From a virus (lineage: Duplodnaviria; Heunggongvirae; Uroviricota; Caudoviricetes): DNA of 64,000 nucleotides. Under the pieces are notes generated by a model. The model made no database searches and was not told where the DNA came from. It saw only the letters and a program-made list of their open reading frames with translations. The number at the start of each line of letters is the position of its first letter. Position 1 is the first letter of the stretch. The position numbers and the translations under genes are program-made. The stretch is taken from the IMG/VR virus record IMGVR_UViG_3300047393_000100. One strand, given 5' to 3'. Shown here piece after piece: positions 58,615-64,000 of this stretch.

Positions 58615-60546
58615 ATGGCAGAAGTTAATAGAATCTCATCATTTAAAAGTTTTTCAGAGATTAAATCTCAAGAAAATGAAATGAAATTGAGAGAAGAAAA
58701 CAGTCTAAAGAAACAAGAGACACTATCTAAAATTGAAGAAATTTTAGATGAGATGGGATTAACAAATCTATCTGAAATCGATGAAGATTCCCAGTCAGCT
58801 TTCATATCTAAATTGTTAGGTAAAGAAACAAATGAGGGTAATGCATTTGTGTACGCTGCAGGTAAAGCTAAAGCAGATGGAAAAAAGGAATTTGAATTTA
58901 ATGGTAAAACTTATAAAGTAACTATTAAAGATACTGGCATCAAAGAAGATAATGAGATTATTGATGAAGCAATTAGTAGAAGTGAATATGATAGAATGGA
59001 TGGACTTCATAATATGAAAGCTATGAAATCTTTAATTGATTCTGCAAAAACAATCTTTGATGATTTATCTGAAGAAATGTTTGAATTTGATGAAATTTGC
59101 GATTTCATTGTTATGAAAATTAAGAAGAGCAAATTAGCAGGAATGTATGAATCTGTTAATGAGGCTAGGATTAATGCAACTAAAGCTTTACAAGAAATTG
59201 TTGATGGTAATACATCTGCAGCCGAAGGTTTAAAAATTTCAAAAGAATTAGCACAACATTATATTGATTGGATTAGAACTTCTCCATATGGAAAAAGAAA
59301 TGCAACCCTACCATTAAACATGTTAGTTAAGGCATCATTTAATTGGGGAATTGAACGACAATTAGATCCTAAATTAAAGACAGAATTAGATACATTAAAG
59401 GGTAGTATTAAAGAATCTATAATTAATGAAGCGGTTGCAAAGCAATTTGACAAAGACATGCAGACTTTAATTAAAGATATTAAATCAGGTTATGGTTGGA
59501 TTGATCCAGAATTCGTATCAGATACTTGGGAAAATTCAAGCGACTCTATTGATTTTGAATTAGTTAAAGGAGAAATCTATAAAAGATTAATCGCTGCTAA
59601 TTTATTAGCATATCCTAATCCAGATGATGAAGAAAAGAAAGGTGTACCTGTTAGAAAATTACAAGAATTAGGAATTAAAGAATCTGTAATTACTGAAGGA
59701 AAAGATGATTATATGGCTAAATTCGGTAGCGCAACTATAAACCTAAAGAAAGGATATAAACACCATACTGAAGATGAATTGAATGATTTATATGATAAAT
59801 TAGGAGATTTAGTTAAAACTCTTAATGTTAAAGATGTTACATTAGTATTTGAGGCAAATTCTGAAGAATCTGCAACAAATGAAGCAACTGTAGAAGTAGA
59901 TGCAGTAGATCCTAAAGATAAAAATCTTGCAAAATTATTAAAGAAGTATAAAGTTTCGCTAGAAGTAATTAATAAAAATGGGCCATCAGGATATCCTGAA
60001 GTTAAATTAACAGGAGATGTTAAAAGTCTTAAAGCTGTTTTAGCGGATGATGAATATGGATGGGATGATGCGGATCTTGCAGAATATATTGAAGAAGCTA
60101 TTGTTACTGAAGCTGAAATTAAATCTGATGATGAATTTAAAGAATATGCAATGACCGTTTTGAAAAAAGCATTTGGATCTGACTTTGAAGAAGCAAAGGC
60201 TGGAGATACAATTGATGGAATCCTTAAAAAATGTGATGGTGACTATGGTGCTGCAGTTGGAATGTTAACTAGTTCTCTAGGAGAATCTGCCACTAACGAA
60301 GCGTTTAACGCAAAATATTGGGAAGATTACCATGAAAAATCTACAAAAATAACTTCAGCATCTAAAGTTGCAAGAGCAGTAGAAGACGAAGTTGAAGAGT
60401 GGAACGATAACAATGAAGATGGTGAAGACAATGAAGTTACTAATGCTGGAGAAAAGAAAGTAATGAACTTAGCTCATGATTTTTTTAAAGCAACTGGATG
60501 GATATCATCAGATGTTATCCAGGCAATGATCGCACAAGAATCTTAA
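58615..60546 (+). CDS. Acidic modular internal head polyprotein with repeated putative prohead-protease sites
   Basis: Eight linkers ETNE/G, EIIDE/A, ESVNE/A, ESIINE/A, ESVITE/G, ESATNE/A, EAIVTE/A and ESATNE/A separate unrelated 45-90 aa modules. Confidence 0.65.
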   Translation: MAEVNRISSFKSFSEIKSQENEMKLREENSLKKQETLSKIEEILDEMGLTNLSEIDEDSQSAFISKLLGKETNEGNAFVYAAGKAKADGKKEFEFNGKTYKVTIKDTGIKEDNEIIDEAISRSEYDRMDGLHNMKAMKSLIDSAKTIFDDLSEEMFEFDEICDFIVMKIKKSKLAGMYESVNEARINATKALQEIVDGNTSAAEGLKISKELAQHYIDWIRTSPYGKRNATLPLNMLVKASFNWGIERQLDPKLKTELDTLKGSIKESIINEAVAKQFDKDMQTLIKDIKSGYGWIDPEFVSDTWENSSDSIDFELVKGEIYKRLIAANLLAYPNPDDEEKKGVPVRKLQELGIKESVITEGKDDYMAKFGSATINLKKGYKHHTEDELNDLYDKLGDLVKTLNVKDVTLVFEANSEESATNEATVEVDAVDPKDKNLAKLLKKYKVSLEVINKNGPSGYPEVKLTGDVKSLKAVLADDEYGWDDADLAEYIEEAIVTEAEIKSDDEFKEYAMTVLKKAFGSDFEEAKAGDTIDGILKKCDGDYGAAVGMLTSSLGESATNEAFNAKYWEDYHEKSTKITSASKVARAVEDEVEEWNDNNEDGEDNEVTNAGEKKVMNLAHDFFKATGWISSDVIQAMIAQES

Positions 60547-60562
60547 AATAATTTAAATAAAT

Positions 60563-60608
60563 AATATGGCCTAGATTTTTCTAGGTCATATTTTTTTATT
60601 ATATTTAC
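60563..60608 (+). terminator. Terminator/early-promoter composite
   Basis: AATATGGCCTAGA/TCTAGGTCATATT plus T-tract, then TATATTTAC at 60600. Confidence 0.65.
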
Positions 60609-60621
60609 AGTATATTATATT

Positions 60622-61908
60622 ATGAAAACAAAAATCCTTAATTTCAATCAGTTTATAACTGAAAAATATGAAGTAAAATTAAATGAACAACTTTTACTTG
60701 AAGGTGGAGCAGCTGGACATATGTCCCATCCATTTGACGAGAGAGATCTTACATTCGGGGATTTTAAGAAAATAATTGAAGCGGGACTTTCAGGTAATTT
60801 AACATTTGAGGAAGATCCTACTGAAAAAACAGATGGACAAAATGTATTTGCAACAGTACAAGATGGACAGGTTAAATTTGCCAGAAATAAAACTGAACTT
60901 AAGAATCCAATGGATCTTAATACGTTTAAACAAAAATTTGCTGGACATCCAAGTAAAATGGTCGAAGAGACCTTTCAATATGCAGCAGAAGATTTAGCAA
61001 ATGCACTTATTAAATTATCAACTAAAGATTTAGAGGCATTTAATAATGGCAAGAACTTCATGAATATGGAGCTTATTTATTCTAAGAATCCAAATGTTAT
61101 TTACTATGACAGAGACATTATACAGTTCCATGGGATTAAAATAACTGACGGTGATGGTAATATTATCGGAGATGATAATAAATATGCTAGATCTATTGCA
61201 AAGGCCTTAGAAGATGTCAAGGCACACATAGGAAAGGTATTTACTATTATTCCTCCACAGATTATTAAGATCGGTAAAGACGTTGATTTTGATACAAATA
61301 AATCAAAATTTATTAAAAAGGTAGAAGACCTAAAGAATCGTTATAAATTAACAGATGCCGATGAGGTTTCTAGATATCATGAAATGTGGTGGAGAGAATT
61401 AATTGACAAAAATTTCCCAAATTTACCACAAGACCATAAAGAAGGTTTATTATTAAGATGGGCGTATGATGATAAGAAAACTCTTAATCTAAGAAGTTTA
61501 GATAAAGAACTTGGAAAAGATCAAGCCGAACTTATTAAGAAATTTGATAAAGAAGATGTTAAAAAGAAATATAAAGAAAATATTAGACCATTTGAAGATT
61601 TATTCTTGGAATTAGGTAGTATTATCTTGAAGAATGCAAGTAACTTTGTTGCTGCAAATCCGGCAGCAGAAATGCAAAGATTACATACGCAGATTAGAAC
61701 AGAAGCAGATAAAATTAAAGTAGGTGGAGATATTGCACAAATTGATAAAGTAATGTCAGAACTTGAAAGGCTTGATAGAATCGGAGGAATCGATTCAATT
61801 ATTCCAACAGAAGGTATTGTATTTGTATATAAAGGAAAAACAATGAAACTTACAGGAACATTTGCTGCCATTAATCAGTTAATGGGTATTATAAAATATG
61901 GTAGATAA
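60622..61908 (+). CDS. RNA-ligase-fold nucleotidyltransferase (DUF6267-like) with capsid-targeting-like N-terminus
   Basis: LLLE/GGAAGHMSHPF; motif I TEKTDG, motif IV EGIVF, motif V KLTG.F. Confidence 0.75.
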   Translation: MKTKILNFNQFITEKYEVKLNEQLLLEGGAAGHMSHPFDERDLTFGDFKKIIEAGLSGNLTFEEDPTEKTDGQNVFATVQDGQVKFARNKTELKNPMDLNTFKQKFAGHPSKMVEETFQYAAEDLANALIKLSTKDLEAFNNGKNFMNMELIYSKNPNVIYYDRDIIQFHGIKITDGDGNIIGDDNKYARSIAKALEDVKAHIGKVFTIIPPQIIKIGKDVDFDTNKSKFIKKVEDLKNRYKLTDADEVSRYHEMWWRELIDKNFPNLPQDHKEGLLLRWAYDDKKTLNLRSLDKELGKDQAELIKKFDKEDVKKKYKENIRPFEDLFLELGSIILKNASNFVAANPAAEMQRLHTQIRTEADKIKVGGDIAQIDKVMSELERLDRIGGIDSIIPTEGIVFVYKGKTMKLTGTFAAINQLMGIIKYGR

Positions 61909-61928
61909 ATAAAATAAATATAATAGAC

Positions 61929-62246
61929 ATGAAATATACACAAGCATTCGAATCATTTATTAATGAGGCAAAAGATTCGCCATCATTTGACACATCCACT
62001 GGACTTATATATTATTTCGATATTCCATTTACAGTAGAAGATATTGAAGAAATATTATCTTCAAGCAAAGCTATATTAAATGCAAAATTCACACCAAATT
62101 CGCAGTTTGAAATTCAACCAATGATTTTTATTAAGGATAAAGTAAATGGAGGAGAACACACCTTTAGTGTTGCGCAAATTGGAATATTAGGTTCTTTTTA
62201 TAATAAGAACAAAAATAGTGTTGCATCTAGATCAGATTTCAATTAA
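61929..62246 (+). CDS. Putative internal head protein
   Basis: MKYTQAFESFINE/A N-terminus. Confidence 0.65.
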   Translation: MKYTQAFESFINEAKDSPSFDTSTGLIYYFDIPFTVEDIEEILSSSKAILNAKFTPNSQFEIQPMIFIKDKVNGGEHTFSVAQIGILGSFYNKNKNSVASRSDFN

Positions 62247-62260
62247 TATAATTTAATAAA

Positions 62261-64000
62261 ATGGCATTACAAAAATTAAGAGAGTATTTTAACGAAACCA
62301 ATAGAGAAAATTTTATTGAAATGTTAAAGGGTAGAGTGTTAGTGACTGAAAAGATTGCAGCACCATCTTTTCTTTTTAAAAGAAATACAGATGGATTTGA
62401 GTTTTATAAATCTTCAACATCAGATAAATTAAATTTTGTCGATAGGACTGTTATATCATTATATGAAATGGCAATTAATCATTTACAAAGTTTACCGAGC
62501 GATGTAAAATCTCAATTTCCACTAGATTGGAAATTTGGATTTGAATATTTACCAGAAACTAAAGCTTCTAATATAGATTATGCCACAACTCCTACAAATA
62601 GCTTAATTCTTACACATATACAACAATTAAGTGATGGAGGAAAGGTTAGAAAAACTATTAATGATCCATTAATCTTAAATAAATGGGCAAAATTACTTGA
62701 TGTACAATCACCAAATGTTATTTTTGATGCGTACCTTTCTCAACAACAAAGAGAGGAACTCTTAGATTTGTTAGCAATGAGCGATAGAGAATATTCAGAT
62801 TCATTTGATTATGCAATAGAAACTGAAGACAAAACAAGTTTTACTTCGAAGATATTTAAGATGTTTAATCCTAATATCTATTCAACTTCATTAAATCCAG
62901 ATCTTGAAAGTGAGATCGATGGATTAGTTATAAACTTCATAGAAGGAAAAACAATGAAGTCATTTAAACTTGAAGATTTTTTAAGAGCATCTGCTGATAA
63001 AAGAGATTTAAGAGCTTCTAGTCACACTTACCAAATTGCAGTAACAGATTTCTTAGAGTATATAGTACAACAAGATTTAAAAGATATTAATTTAGAAGAT
63101 GAACATGCAGACTATAGATATTTGGAATTGATGTCTGTCTTGTTTAATGGATATATTGATAAAAATTCTTCAAAATATATTGGTGTTAATTTTGAAAGTG
63201 CTGAATTTTCAGAAGCACAATCATTTAGATTAAATACTAAATATATTAAAAACGAAAAAACATTAAAATTTGTAAATAATGAAGTACTTGCCGAATTATT
63301 TAAAATGATTTTAAGTTCTTTTAGAAAGAAAAGAACTAAAGAATCAGACCTAATTGACAAGGACACAATGTCAAGAATGAATGAAATCATAGATGCTATC
63401 AACGAAAAGATATTTGTAGAAAATACAGATGAAAACGCAATTTATGATTATACCAATTTTATGTTACATAATAAGATTAAATCTTCAGTAAATTTAAATG
63501 AAGCTCTTACTGTAAAACACATGGAACAAGGTAAACAACCTGTAAACATGTTTGTTGGAAGATTTCAACCATTTACGCTAGGACATGCAAAGGTATTAGA
63601 AATAATGAATAAGGAAAATGGATTTCCAGTAGTTGTATTTTTAGTTAAATCTAAGGTTAAAAAAGGCGAGGAGTTTAGTAAACCATACGATGAAAAAACA
63701 CAGGTTGATATGTTCAACCAGGTTAAAAAACAATATCCTTTCTTAAAGGAAATATATGTTGTTCCAAACGCTGCAATTGATACATTATATAATGAAATGA
63801 GACCAAAATACGAACCAGTATTATGGGGAACAGGAAGTGATAGAATGAAAGGATATGGTTATATGGTTAATAATGATTCATATAGAGACCAGTTAAATGC
63901 AAGAGCAGATTTTGGATTATTTGAAATTCCAAGAACTGACGATAATATCTCAGCAACTAAGGTTAGAAATGCAATGTTAGATGGAAATGAAAAAGATTTC
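62261..64000 (+). CDS. Ligase-like domain fused to a cytidylyltransferase-like (HxGH-superfamily) nucleotidyltransferase; runs off the window (not in the ORF track)
   Basis: Open from ATG 62261 to the window end. N-domain VTEKI..., EIDGLV, FKL; C-domain FVGRFQPFTLGH, GSDR and ISATKVR. Confidence 0.85.
   Translation, partial: MALQKLREYFNETNRENFIEMLKGRVLVTEKIAAPSFLFKRNTDGFEFYKSSTSDKLNFVDRTVISLYEMAINHLQSLPSDVKSQFPLDWKFGFEYLPETKASNIDYATTPTNSLILTHIQQLSDGGKVRKTINDPLILNKWAKLLDVQSPNVIFDAYLSQQQREELLDLLAMSDREYSDSFDYAIETEDKTSFTSKIFKMFNPNIYSTSLNPDLESEIDGLVINFIEGKTMKSFKLEDFLRASADKRDLRASSHTYQIAVTDFLEYIVQQDLKDINLEDEHADYRYLELMSVLFNGYIDKNSSKYIGVNFESAEFSEAQSFRLNTKYIKNEKTLKFVNNEVLAELFKMILSSFRKKRTKESDLIDKDTMSRMNEIIDAINEKIFVENTDENAIYDYTNFMLHNKIKSSVNLNEALTVKHMEQGKQPVNMFVGRFQPFTLGHAKVLEIMNKENGFPVVVFLVKSKVKKGEEFSKPYDEKTQVDMFNQVKKQYPFLKEIYVVPNAAIDTLYNEMRPKYEPVLWGTGSDRMKGYGYMVNNDSYRDQLNARADFGLFEIPRTDDNISATKVRNAMLDGNEKDF

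Noticed and set aside
251-63402. All minus-strand ORFs and the short alternative-frame plus-strand ORFs in the track
   Set aside because: They lie within convincing plus-strand genes, have no recognisable motifs, and look like antisense or frame shadows.
1-64000. Stop-codon reassignment
   Set aside because: Long known genes are intact in code 11, and TAA, TAG and TGA all end genes at sensible positions.
1-64000. CRISPR array, diversity-generating retroelement or retron
   Set aside because: I saw no regularly spaced repeats, no reverse transcriptase and no TR/VR pair.

Overview
This window is a segment of an AT-rich, T4-like (myovirus) jumbo phage genome. Every credible gene is on the + strand and reads in the standard genetic code. 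The host is most likely Bacteroidota (Flavobacteriia-like), judged from TAnnTTTG-type promoters, the absence of Shine-Dalgarno motifs, and Bacteroidota-type bS21 and bS1. Gene order: (1) 0.2-16 kb accessory region with a 2OG-Fe(II) oxygenase, two glycosyltransferases, a 3'-5' exonuclease, DnaJ, three UVR-motif proteins, ribosomal protein bS21 (missed by the ORF track), PhoH, RNase HII, UvsE, a GNAT and dCMP deaminase; (2) 16-52 kb tail, baseplate and neck cluster (gp53, hub, gp5/gpV-like spike, gp13, gp25, gp6, collagen/collar fibres, gp3-like), interrupted by bS1 and an amidoligase; (3) 52-58.6 kb RuvC-like resolvase, GIY-YIG homing endonuclease, gp32 SSB, primase, UvsY and UvsW; (4) 58.6-64 kb predicted capsid-packaged proteins. 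The most notable unexplained signals are: about ten proteins with T4-like capsid-targeting N-termini and a shared [NT]E/[AG] cleavage motif, including a nine-module polyprotein and two RNA-ligase-fold proteins; a pseudoknotted RNA at the homing-endonuclease start; a UVR-motif/DnaJ/bS21 cluster; and three promoter classes built into hairpins. All family calls come from motif recognition by eye, not from database searches.
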